From: an uncultured Candidatus Actinomarina sp.
GTDB taxonomy: Bacteria > Actinomycetota > Acidimicrobiia > Actinomarinales > Actinomarinaceae
DNA: 64,000 nucleotides
Assembly: GCA_902593795.1 (NCBI GenBank)
Contig: CACJJR010000001.1
Coordinates: 4,170 to 68,169 of the forward strand
Reading direction: 5' to 3'
Shown: positions 1 through 9,378 of the stretch, piece after piece
Layout of the letters: each line of letters starts with the position of its first letter
Position numbering within the stretch: the stretch's first letter is position 1
Position numbers and translations under genes: made by a program
The notes under the pieces: generated by a model
The model's database searches: none
What the model saw: only the letters and a program-made list of their open reading frames with translations
What the model was told of the DNA's origin: nothing

Positions 1-1
1 T

Positions 2-595
2 AAAAACTAGACCATAAAACAATTTATCTCTAAATAAATTATTTAGATTTCTATTTTTTTTCATAAAGATAATATAAATGAAGAATATAGCCATTATTAA
101 AGCTGTTTCTCTATTAAATATATGAAAGAAATTAATTACAAATAGATATTTAATATAGTGACTTTCCAAAATGATTAGTCCGTATAAAATAAAAAAAGTA
201 ATATCAATAAAATCCCAAACAAACAACCATTGATCTTGAGCAATAATAAATAGAGCATTAAAAACAATCAAAGAATTCAATATCTCAAATTTACTATTTG
301 TTAGTAAAGATATGCATTTTGCAAACAAAAAATTATTCAATAAGACAAAAATTAAAGCAAAAATTCTCATTGCCCACCATTTTGATAATCCTAATAAAGT
401 CATAACTTTTAACATTGCGGGCCCCATTAATCTACTTTGATTCACTCTCCAAGCTGGGGTTCTGTCTATAACATCATAAGAGCCTTGAATTAATTGAGTG
501 TTATATAAATTTTCCCAATGAAAAACATGTAAAAAACCTATTGTGGCAAAGCTTATTAAAAATACCGTAAGCTTAGAAATTTTTATATTTAACAC
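2..595 (-). CDS. Multi-pass membrane protein, probably GT-C-like (3' part outside window)
   Basis: Manually translated open frame from GTG at 595 (MLNIKISKLTVFLISFATIGFLHVFHW...WDFIDITFF...FNRETALIMA) to the window edge; hydrophobic; not in the ORF track. Confidence 0.65.
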   Translation of the reverse strand, partial: MLNIKISKLTVFLISFATIGFLHVFHWENLYNTQLIQGSYDVIDRTPAWRVNQSRLMGPAMLKVMTLLGLSKWWAMRIFALIFVLLNNFLFAKCISLLTNSKFEILNSLIVFNALFIIAQDQWLFVWDFIDITFFILYGLIILESHYIKYLFVINFFHIFNRETALIMAIFFIYIIFMKKNRNLNNLFRDKLFYGLVF

Positions 596-671
596 TTTTT
601 AAGTATAAAAAATCAAATGGTTGAATTCAATTTATACAAGATAAATAAAACTTGTTAATATTAAAATACTT

Positions 672-1325
672 ATGCTTTCATTAATTTCAAAACTAACCTA
701 CTTGCACAACATCTTTAGTAAATTGATCATTTCCTTACCTGTTTTTTTCACTCATAACTTCTCAAAATATATGAACATTAAAAATGCTTTTTACAATCTC
801 TCATTAGATCAAATAACTGGTGATTGTATAGAATTTGGAGTATTCACAGGATCTAGCTTCAAGCATGCTATAAGAGTAGACGCTAAGTTTAATAAAAAAT
901 CAAAATCATTATTTTATGGCTTAGATTCTTTTGAAGGCTTTCCTGATGATAGCCATCCTTACTTTAATCAAGAAAATTTTAAATCGAGTTATGAAAGAGC
1001 AAAAAAAATTGAAAAAAAGTTTAGTAATGCTCGAATAATAAAAGGATTCTTTTCAGATAGTCTCAATAATTCAGAAGTAAAAGATATTAAAAAAATAAAA
1101 TTTGCGTATATAGATTGCGATTTATACACGTCAGCGATTGAACCTATAAAATTTTTAGAAAATAGACTTGTAATAGGGTCTTATTTAATGATCGACGATT
1201 TTGTAAACATTGATCGACATGGAAGGTCTATCTCTGAGTTATTCTATAGTACTTTCAATGAAAAAAAAATGGTTTTTGTTAGTAGTTTCGGTGTATCTGG
1301 GGTTATTTATAGGTATGTAGGATAA
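672..1325 (+). CDS. TylF/MycF-family sugar O-methyltransferase
   Basis: GDCIEFGVFTG, GLDSFEGFP, IKGFF, AYIDCDLY, MIDDF motifs. Confidence 0.85.
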   Translation: MLSLISKLTYLHNIFSKLIISLPVFFTHNFSKYMNIKNAFYNLSLDQITGDCIEFGVFTGSSFKHAIRVDAKFNKKSKSLFYGLDSFEGFPDDSHPYFNQENFKSSYERAKKIEKKFSNARIIKGFFSDSLNNSEVKDIKKIKFAYIDCDLYTSAIEPIKFLENRLVIGSYLMIDDFVNIDRHGRSISELFYSTFNEKKMVFVSSFGVSGVIYRYVG

Positions 1326-1329
1326 AGTT

Positions 1330-3135
1330 ATGAAAGTTGATTATAAAAATCGTATTCAAAATATTTTTATAATCTTTTTTTTAATTTCATATTTAATTAT
1401 TCAATTCTTTGGATTAAATTATTTAAATGATCAATCAAAGAATGAATTCTGTGAATCAGTAATTTCGGTAGAAAGTCTAACAACTAAAAATTCAAATGAA
1501 ATTTATTTTGATTTTTTTAATGACAAAATTACATACAGGACATTAGATATTTTTCCTGAAATCGAAAATATAAAATGTTTATCTTTTGAAAGTAACTCAA
1601 ATAGTGAACGTGTAATCCTTACATCAAATAATTTTTATAATTTAATATTAATACTTACTTTTCTTGGAAGTATTTTTTTATTTTCATTACTGAAATACAG
1701 AAATATATTTATTTTTACAACTTTCATCTATCTGTGTTATTTAAATATAACTAAATTATTTTTTAAAGAATTTTTTTTAAATTATTATTTTTTATTAGCT
1801 GTATTTACTGTTTTTTTGTATTACTTAATTATCAATAAAGATTCTGACAATGACTTAATGGATTATATTAGAATTTTTTATTTTTCTTTTTACTCTATTA
1901 TTTTATTTTTCGATTATGAACTTTTTCAAAAGTTAATTATTTATCTAATTGCATTTTATTTAATTTTTTTAAGCTCAAAAAAATTAAATAGTAAGGAATT
2001 AATATTATTAAAACTTTTACCAATGATTTATTATGGATTAAGAATTTTATCTGGTATTTTTTTAAATCTAAATGTCACCTGGCAGAGATTGTCGGCAAAT
2101 ACATATCAATCCAATGAAAGATACGCTGATGGATTTTATGGATTAAATGTATTAAATTGTAATGCTACAGGATGTGACGAACGAAATAATTATGGACCAA
2201 TATGGGAATATTTATCTCTTGAGATGAACGTTGAAATTGTTTCAATAATCTTAGCTACTATTGTGATAATTCTGATGCTTCTAATTTACATAAAACTATT
2301 TAATATTTTACAAGTAGATAAATTTATTTTACAGTTTCTATTTATCAGCCCTCCTATTGTGTTTGGCCTTGAAAGAGGACAATTTGATTTCCATTTTGTT
2401 TTAATCTCTCTGTATGCGCTTCTAATTTTTAAAAAAAATAAATTAATAGCTTATTTGCTAATTTGCTTTGCAATTCAAGTAAAGCTTTATCCAATTTTTT
2501 TATTTGCAGGAATAGTTTTTTATTTCTACAAAATGAAAGAAACTAAAAACCTGATTGAGTCATTAGTGCTTCTTTTAATAAATTCATCAGTCTTATTATT
2601 TTATTATTTTAGAGTGAACTTCAGTGAAAGGATTCAAGATCAATCAGGAATATCACAAACTTATGGAATTCAAAGCCACGCGCAAAACTACAATGATTTC
2701 TTAAATGTCGATTTACTTATTGGGTATTTAGGCCAATTAATTATTATTTTATTACTTATTGGGTATTTTCTAAAAGTAAGACAAAACGAAAGCTTGAAAG
2801 AGCACAACTTTGTTTATCTAAGTTTTAGCAGTATGTTTATATTGAGTAGTCTTATAGGAAATATTGACTTCAGGCTAATAATATTTTGCATACCCCTTGT
2901 TTTTCTATTAGAGAATGGAATTAACTTTGTTTCAATCTCAGGATTATATTTAATTGCATCTTCTCCTTCGATGTATTTCAATGGTTTTCAAAATGTAAAT
3001 CAAAATATTCTATTTACAATTATTGAAACTATACCTGTTTTTATAAGCCATCTTTCTTTTTTAATAATGTTTAGCTACTTTATTTATGAATTTATTTTTT
3101 ACTTTTTCAAGAATGATATGCTTGCAAATAAATAG
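1330..3135 (+). CDS. GT-C fold membrane glycosyltransferase (GT87-like) with N-terminal two-Cys domain
   Basis: Many TM segments; NYGP, SPP..FGLERGQFD and KLYP motifs typical of GT87/DUF2029. Confidence 0.7.
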   Translation: MKVDYKNRIQNIFIIFFLISYLIIQFFGLNYLNDQSKNEFCESVISVESLTTKNSNEIYFDFFNDKITYRTLDIFPEIENIKCLSFESNSNSERVILTSNNFYNLILILTFLGSIFLFSLLKYRNIFIFTTFIYLCYLNITKLFFKEFFLNYYFLLAVFTVFLYYLIINKDSDNDLMDYIRIFYFSFYSIILFFDYELFQKLIIYLIAFYLIFLSSKKLNSKELILLKLLPMIYYGLRILSGIFLNLNVTWQRLSANTYQSNERYADGFYGLNVLNCNATGCDERNNYGPIWEYLSLEMNVEIVSIILATIVIILMLLIYIKLFNILQVDKFILQFLFISPPIVFGLERGQFDFHFVLISLYALLIFKKNKLIAYLLICFAIQVKLYPIFLFAGIVFYFYKMKETKNLIESLVLLLINSSVLLFYYFRVNFSERIQDQSGISQTYGIQSHAQNYNDFLNVDLLIGYLGQLIIILLLIGYFLKVRQNESLKEHNFVYLSFSSMFILSSLIGNIDFRLIIFCIPLVFLLENGINFVSISGLYLIASSPSMYFNGFQNVNQNILFTIIETIPVFISHLSFLIMFSYFIYEFIFYFFKNDMLANK

Positions 3136-3809
3136 TTTAATGTAGAAAATGAAAGGATTAATTTTCCTTTAATAGAACCTCCTCCTTTTGCTAGATTGAA
3201 GGCTCTATTATAAAAAATTAAATTAAAAAGCTTTATTTTATAGTCTGCTTTTCTTGAGGATATCAAAAGTGCGAGATCTAGGTTGAAATCATCTGGCAAT
3301 TTTTCTAAGTTTTTAACAAGTGATCTTGAAAATATTTTTGGTTGGGCATTAATATCTTTAAAGTAAAATCCCGAAAATATAAATGTTATTATTGACATCA
3401 TGCTTGTGAAAAACAAATCTAAAGTTTTTCTGTTTTCTCTTTTACCCATATATATATAATTATCTTTATCCTCACTTAGTAAAAATTTACTAATTAGACT
3501 TTGCACATCTGTTGCACTAATTTGAAGGTCTGCATGTGTCCAACATATATATTTATTATTAGTTTCTGAAATTCCATATTTAATTCCAAATCCATACCCT
3601 TTATTTTTAGGTACTTTAATTAAATTTAAATTTTTTGAATTTGCTTTTGATATTTCATTTATTAAAACTTTTAGTGTATTGTCTGTAGATCCATTATCAA
3701 TGAAGTGCACCATAATATTCTGATTTTCTAAAACAATTGTTTTCCATTGTTCGACCAGTGTCTTTACATTGCTGTCTTCGTTATAACACGGAATAAGTAA
3801 ATCAATCAT
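3099..3809 (-). CDS. GT2 glycosyltransferase, polyprenol-phosphate sugar synthase-like
   Basis: LIPCYNE, IDNGSTD, KNKGYG, THADLQ; 236 aa DPM-synthase-like size. Confidence 0.8.
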   Translation of the reverse strand: MIDLLIPCYNEDSNVKTLVEQWKTIVLENQNIMVHFIDNGSTDNTLKVLINEISKANSKNLNLIKVPKNKGYGFGIKYGISETNNKYICWTHADLQISATDVQSLISKFLLSEDKDNYIYMGKRENRKTLDLFFTSMMSIITFIFSGFYFKDINAQPKIFSRSLVKNLEKLPDDFNLDLALLISSRKADYKIKLFNLIFYNRAFNLAKGGGSIKGKLILSFSTLNYLFASISFLKK

Positions 3810-4533
3810 CTCTCAAGCCTTCCGAATATGAAGCATACTCTTTTGGGGTACCAATAATATCAATTTCAGTCAAAAGGTTTTCTAAATTGTAGTTTTGATT
3901 GTGTAATATTTCAAACATAGTATCTATGTAAAGCTCATTATTTATAAACATCTTATTTTCTACCATTTGTTTATATATCTTATGAAATAAAGATTTATTT
4001 TTAAAATAAAAAGATCCAGCAATTAAGAATGAGTCATTAACTCTATCTGGTGTTTCCTTACAAAAGATATTCTTAACTTTTTTTTCACCAATTACCCATC
4101 CATAATTATTTGCATTTTCTTTATGTTCCTCTTTTGGATACGTTGTGAAGACTAAGCTATCAACTTTAGAATTCTTATTTAATATTATTTTGTTTTTAAA
4201 TATTGCATCACATGAACCAACAAAAAAATCTTCCCCACTTGGAACCAAGTCTAAAGACTTTAAACAAGAAGTTGCTTGACCATTTGTAACCTCATCGAGT
4301 AATAATATGGTTTTATTTAAATTAAATTTCTCATAAAATTTTATAAATGTTTCATGCTCATAGACTTCTTTGTTGACTGTAAAAATCCACTTATCAGTAT
4401 TTGGAAAATTATTAATAACTTTTTCAATTATTGGTTTTCCATGTAGATCTATAAGAGGCTTTGGAATTTTATAGCCTTCATCTTTAAACCTCTGCCCTTT
4501 TCCAGACATAAGAACTATATTATTTTTTACCAT
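3802..4533 (-). CDS. Sugar-phosphate nucleotidyltransferase (NTP_transferase superfamily)
   Basis: MSGKGQRF..GY..PKPLI, GQA, CD, AGSFYF, NELY, GTP motifs. Confidence 0.8.
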   Translation of the reverse strand: MVKNNIVLMSGKGQRFKDEGYKIPKPLIDLHGKPIIEKVINNFPNTDKWIFTVNKEVYEHETFIKFYEKFNLNKTILLLDEVTNGQATSCLKSLDLVPSGEDFFVGSCDAIFKNKIILNKNSKVDSLVFTTYPKEEHKENANNYGWVIGEKKVKNIFCKETPDRVNDSFLIAGSFYFKNKSLFHKIYKQMVENKMFINNELYIDTMFEILHNQNYNLENLLTEIDIIGTPKEYASYSEGLRDD

Positions 4534-5123
4534 AATTTCTCTAAAACCTTCAAATCTTTACTTGTAATTTCCGCAATTACAAGGTCATGAAATTTTTCAT
4601 TAATTTTATTACTTTTGCTTAAAAACTTATTTTTTTCTTTTATATCTAAATTATTTATGTTTGTAACGGTAAAGTGTGGAATTAAATTTTCACCAACAAA
4701 TGGATAATTATATTTTTTAAAATCATTAATAAATTCGTTACTTAGATTTAAAAACTCACTCCCTTTAAATGGTTTAAATTTATTTAAAAGTTTAATCTGA
4801 AAAGTTTGAATTGGTTCTGGATTATCTATTAAATAAACCAATGTACTAAAATTTTTTTCCACATCATCTTCAAAAATGAACTGTCTATTTAGTTCATATG
4901 AATAATTTTTTAGCTCTTTTATTAAATTAATATTCTTCTTTATATTTTTTTCTAAGTTTTTGTAATCTCCATAAATTCCATGGAGAAGTGTCAAATGTGG
5001 AAAATCGTTTAAAAAATTTTGCTTATTTTCAAAAGATTTAAAATACTTCTTCATACTGTAAATTTCTTCAGCAGCTTTTTGGCCTGGAAGCAGAAATATT
5101 CCAATCTTTCTAAATTTCTGCAT
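4527..5123 (-). CDS. 2H phosphoesterase (2'-5' RNA ligase / cyclic phosphodiesterase superfamily)
   Basis: Two HxT motifs: PHLTL and PHFTV. Confidence 0.75.
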   Translation of the reverse strand: MQKFRKIGIFLLPGQKAAEEIYSMKKYFKSFENKQNFLNDFPHLTLLHGIYGDYKNLEKNIKKNINLIKELKNYSYELNRQFIFEDDVEKNFSTLVYLIDNPEPIQTFQIKLLNKFKPFKGSEFLNLSNEFINDFKKYNYPFVGENLIPHFTVTNINNLDIKEKNKFLSKSNKINEKFHDLVIAEITSKDLKVLEKLW

Positions 5124-6534
5124 TAAAATTCTTCATTATTTTACTGAATGTTTTTCTATCTGTGTTTAACATATATTTACTATTTAACTCTATGAATTGA
5201 ATTGGATAACCGTGGGGAACATTTATCAAATGCCACTTAGTTATTGGGATTTCTAATGAAAATCCTACCATACATCTAACAACACCTTGGTGAGTAAAAA
5301 ATACAGAATTTTTATTAATTGTTGAGAGTAATTTTTCTATTCTCTCATATACCATGGTATTATTTTCACCCTCTGGAAACTTGAAATCATCATCTTTTTG
5401 AATTGAATCTGAAATATATTCGTATTGATTAATCACTTCATCAAAAAAAAGTCCGTCGGCTTTTCCGTAATTAATTTCCTTTAGGTCCTCTGAGACATTA
5501 AAAGAGTTTATCTTAAGTTTATTTATTGTTTGAATGCATCTTGTAGATGGGGAAGAAAATATTTCAAAATTGGAAAAATCAAAATTTTTTAATTCTAAAG
5601 GTATATCTTGATTCTCAATAATATCTATTTCGTTTTCTGAGCCAAGAAACCTCCCATCATTTAAATTAGTTTTTAAATGTCTTATTAAAATAACCTTTTT
5701 AGATTTTTCTATATATTTATTTACAATTGAATCAAAATCGTTTAAAAAATTGCCTACAAGTTCGACTATATCGAGTTTTTCTAATTCTTTATTTAACTTA
5801 AGATTATATAGTTTTGAAAAGATTTTATTATATTTGTCATAAAGCTCTTCATATTCATCCTTCCACACCTTCATAAAATCATCAAACTTAAATTTGATAT
5901 TTTTATTTAAGTTGACTTTAAGAAGATTACTTATAGAGTTGTAAATTATATGATATGCAAATTCAATTGCATGTCTTTCATCTAGTTCATAGTAAGTCTT
6001 GACTTGTGCTAACTCACCATTTTGAGATTCATATCTTCTGTAGGAGATTCTGTTTTTCGAAATATCTTCTATATATTCCTTTGTCCCCCTTCTAGAGCTG
6101 ATAAAATCATTTAGCATTAATTTATGTACTGAGGAAATCTCACTTAATGAATATCCGGTAAAGTTCTCGGACCTTTCCCAATCAAAGCAGGTAAAAGGAG
6201 AATTTTCAACATGTTCTAAATGTAAATGATGATCATAAATCATTAGATGCAATACTAAATTATTTTTATTATCAAATTTTAAAGGACCAAATGTATCATT
6301 TATAAATATTTGTTTCTCAATATCAAGCTCATTTAAATCAATATTTGACAATGAGTTCTTTATTAAATCAATAATTCCAATATCAATTTTTTTTACAACA
6401 ACTATTATGTCAATATCTGAAATTCTTTCTAAATCCATACTGTTGATAGAACCAACAATGGTTGAACTAACAATATCAGAATTTTTTTTTAAAACATTAA
6501 ATATTGTTTTTATCAATAATTCTTCTTTTTTCAT
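5110..6534 (-). CDS. Fusion of pol-beta-type nucleotidyltransferase domain and histidine phosphatase
   Basis: N-term VGS-x9-SDIDIIVV; C-term IRH, SSP..RCIQT, LKEINYG, FPEGE, THQG. Confidence 0.75.
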   Translation of the reverse strand: MKKEELLIKTIFNVLKKNSDIVSSTIVGSINSMDLERISDIDIIVVVKKIDIGIIDLIKNSLSNIDLNELDIEKQIFINDTFGPLKFDNKNNLVLHLMIYDHHLHLEHVENSPFTCFDWERSENFTGYSLSEISSVHKLMLNDFISSRRGTKEYIEDISKNRISYRRYESQNGELAQVKTYYELDERHAIEFAYHIIYNSISNLLKVNLNKNIKFKFDDFMKVWKDEYEELYDKYNKIFSKLYNLKLNKELEKLDIVELVGNFLNDFDSIVNKYIEKSKKVILIRHLKTNLNDGRFLGSENEIDIIENQDIPLELKNFDFSNFEIFSSPSTRCIQTINKLKINSFNVSEDLKEINYGKADGLFFDEVINQYEYISDSIQKDDDFKFPEGENNTMVYERIEKLLSTINKNSVFFTHQGVVRCMVGFSLEIPITKWHLINVPHGYPIQFIELNSKYMLNTDRKTFSKIMKNFNAEI

Positions 6535-7586
6535 TGTTCAGAGTCTTGATATTTTTGTGAAGTCTGAAAATTTATAATCTGCTTCTTTGAGTCTTCATCA
6601 TTCAGTATTGATGAGGCAGATACTACTTCCTGAACATTAAATTTTGAAGCAATTTTTGGTGTTATACCTCCGTCAAGTGTGATCTTGACATCATTTACTT
6701 GCTCAGAAATTTTTATTAATTTATTTATTAAATCAGAATATTTATTTTGAAAAACTTGGCCAGAAAATCCAGCTTTACCAACACACAAAACCATAAAATT
6801 ACTAAATAAATTCATTAATTTAGAAATTTGGGATTCTGACATTTGATTGTGCAAGACTACTCCAGGAATAAAATTCTTACTTAAAATAAGAGACGAAATT
6901 TTTTCAATATTAACATTTTCGTCATAGTGAAAAAATACTTCAGTATTTCTTGATTTTGGAAGTTGACTAATCCAAAAGTTTGGATTTTTTGACATTAAAT
7001 GAATTTGTAATTTTTTCTGTGGCCATAATTCTCTTATTTTATTTAACATTTCAATATCAATTGAGATATTTTCAGAGTTGTAGGTCTCATCAATTAAATC
7101 TATATGTATAAAATCTGGAAAATTTTTTACTTTGTTAAATATTTCTAAAACGTTATTTGATTTATTTAGATGAATCGCTACACCTATTTTTTGATAATTT
7201 TTGAATGTATACCTTCTGTGTAAAAAATAAGCAATTAAAAAAAGAGCTCCAGAAATTTGAAACCGATTTTGAAAAAATTCTATATCAACAACATAACTAA
7301 ATGTAAATTGAACAATACAGGAAAAAATAGAAATTACAGTGAAATAAAATAGGGAAATTTTTATTCTCTCTTTTGGTACCTTGAAATTAAAATTTACATT
7401 AAGAATATATGCAACAGCAATGCTTGCTGAAATAGAAAATATATTTGAGAGCAAAAAATTAGTGTCAAAATATTTAATTAGATTAATTCGAATTATATTT
7501 TCAACCATTAAGCTTATAAAACCAATAATTGTGTAAAAAATTAAGAACCTTAGCTTATAAAATAATAAAATAACCCTATTGTCCAT
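6531..7586 (-). CDS. GtrA-like flippase fused to ribulose-phosphate 3-epimerase domain
   Basis: Four N-terminal TM helices (FNFK...YTFK); C-terminal IHIDLID, IHLM, GFSGQVF, LDGGI, SASSI Rpe motifs. Confidence 0.8.
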   Translation of the reverse strand: MDNRVILLFYKLRFLIFYTIIGFISLMVENIIRINLIKYFDTNFLLSNIFSISASIAVAYILNVNFNFKVPKERIKISLFYFTVISIFSCIVQFTFSYVVDIEFFQNRFQISGALFLIAYFLHRRYTFKNYQKIGVAIHLNKSNNVLEIFNKVKNFPDFIHIDLIDETYNSENISIDIEMLNKIRELWPQKKLQIHLMSKNPNFWISQLPKSRNTEVFFHYDENVNIEKISSLILSKNFIPGVVLHNQMSESQISKLMNLFSNFMVLCVGKAGFSGQVFQNKYSDLINKLIKISEQVNDVKITLDGGITPKIASKFNVQEVVSASSILNDEDSKKQIINFQTSQKYQDSEQ

Positions 7587-8277
7587 AATATTTATTTGGA
7601 CCGTGTTTTCTATTAAAGTGTTTGCTTGATATGAAATCTTCGATAGTTTCAGATGAAGGGTTCAGGTTTCTTGTAATAAAACACAACTCTGCCAGATATT
7701 CTATAATTTCAGCATTTTTTAATGCATCCTCTATTGTTTTTCCCCAAGAGAATACTCCGTGCCTTATAGACAAGATACCAGGAGTTTCTAACATTGAAAT
7801 CCCTTTGCTTTTAATTGTCTCTATTATTTTTTTTCCAGTATTTAATTCATAATCATTAACCACTTCGTCCTTATCAAGCTGTTCGGTTACAAATATGCTA
7901 TATTTAGAAAAATCAGAGTGTGTTGTTCCTAAATTTGGCACTTCTAAATTAGCTTGAGCAAAAGCAGTAGCATATTTTGAATGTGTGTGAACTACACCAT
8001 TAATGTCTTTATCTGTATACAAAATCCTATGAGTTGGCTCATCTGAAGATGGATTCAAATCTCCATCTAATTTATTCCCTTCAAGATCCATTTGAACCAT
8101 CTCTTTATGATTAGATTCTCTTAAGATAATCCCACTCGGCTTAATAACAAAGCCATTTAAAAATCTTGAACTTGCATTGCCAAAATTCTGTATGACTAAA
8201 TGGGAATTTTGTAACTCTGAATTTACTTTATAAACATTCCTCTTTGCATTATTTAATGAATCAGACATATATATCAT
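7576..8277 (-). CDS. araD: L-ribulose-5-phosphate 4-epimerase (class II aldolase family)
   Basis: GNAS, IKPSG, PSSDEPTH, VHTHS, GTTHSDF, HGVFSWG, C-terminal RKHGPNKYYGQ. Confidence 0.92.
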   Translation of the reverse strand: MIYMSDSLNNAKRNVYKVNSELQNSHLVIQNFGNASSRFLNGFVIKPSGIILRESNHKEMVQMDLEGNKLDGDLNPSSDEPTHRILYTDKDINGVVHTHSKYATAFAQANLEVPNLGTTHSDFSKYSIFVTEQLDKDEVVNDYELNTGKKIIETIKSKGISMLETPGILSIRHGVFSWGKTIEDALKNAEIIEYLAELCFITRNLNPSSETIEDFISSKHFNRKHGPNKYYGQ

Positions 8278-8340
8278 TTTAGATAAAGACTATAAAAAGT
8301 GCTTCTAAATAAAAGTTTTATGCAATTAAATTAATTAATG

Positions 8341-9291
8341 TTAAATGTCTAGATTTAAAAAATATGTTTTTGCACTATTGAAAAAAGCTTCTTCATTATT
8401 AAGCTCATATTCAAAATTATCTGGAACCCATAATGGGTCAAAATAAAAATCCAAAGGAAAAGATCCAAAATGCCATTTAGTAAACTTAACTAATTTTAAT
8501 GAAACTAAAATATTTCCTAAAAATTCAAAAAATTTAGAGTTAAAGCTTATATAACGAACTTTTTTTTCAATTTTTGTTCCTAGTGAATCAAGATGTTCTT
8601 TTAACGATTTTGGATTTGGTGCTCCAGCCGGCCAATTACCAGAGATTTTATTCATTCCAATATGTAATATCAATCTTGATAGGTCATTAACGTCAACAAA
8701 TTGTATTATTTGTCTTCCTTTGTTTGGTAGTGGTATTGGAATGTTGTATTTAATAAGTTTGAAAAATATTTCAAAGATTCCTTTTCTACTCATTCCCATA
8801 ATTGTCCTTGGTCTAATCACTGCATAATTGCTATCGTTTAAATACTTTGTTAAATTTATTTCTGTTTCAAGTTTTGTCTCTGCATAAGTATCAAGTGGAT
8901 TAAATTTTGTCGATTGTTGGACTGGTATTTCAAAAGGCTTTCCATATATTCCACTAGAACTTACATAAACAAAAAAAACTGAATCTAAATTAGATATTTG
9001 TTTTATCAGATTTAATGATGAAACAATATTTGTTTCATATAAATCTTTTTTTTTGCCTTTAAATGGTAAAACAGTAGCTGTGTGAATTATTAAATCGAAC
9101 TTATTTAAACTCTCTTTATTCTGTTCAAGATAGTTGTTTATGGACATTACTTTATATTCAAAATTTTCATATTTTTTTTTAGGTGCACTTATGTCAAGTG
9201 CTGTAATTCTATGATTTGTTTTAGATAAAATTTCACTTAGTCTTATTCCTAAAAAGCCTGAAGAACCAGTTAGTAATATTTTTAAATCCAT
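8341..9291 (-). CDS. NAD-dependent epimerase/dehydratase (extended SDR)
   Basis: TGSSGFLG, SSSGIYG, YAETK. Confidence 0.85.
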   Translation of the reverse strand: MDLKILLTGSSGFLGIRLSEILSKTNHRITALDISAPKKKYENFEYKVMSINNYLEQNKESLNKFDLIIHTATVLPFKGKKKDLYETNIVSSLNLIKQISNLDSVFFVYVSSSGIYGKPFEIPVQQSTKFNPLDTYAETKLETEINLTKYLNDSNYAVIRPRTIMGMSRKGIFEIFFKLIKYNIPIPLPNKGRQIIQFVDVNDLSRLILHIGMNKISGNWPAGAPNPKSLKEHLDSLGTKIEKKVRYISFNSKFFEFLGNILVSLKLVKFTKWHFGSFPLDFYFDPLWVPDNFEYELNNEEAFFNSAKTYFLNLDI

Positions 9292-9378
9292 AGATATATA
9301 CTAAATCTTAATTTTTTTTAATTACGATATGGTAAATAAGGTTTATGATGAGAATTGTGGTATTACTTATAAAGATTT

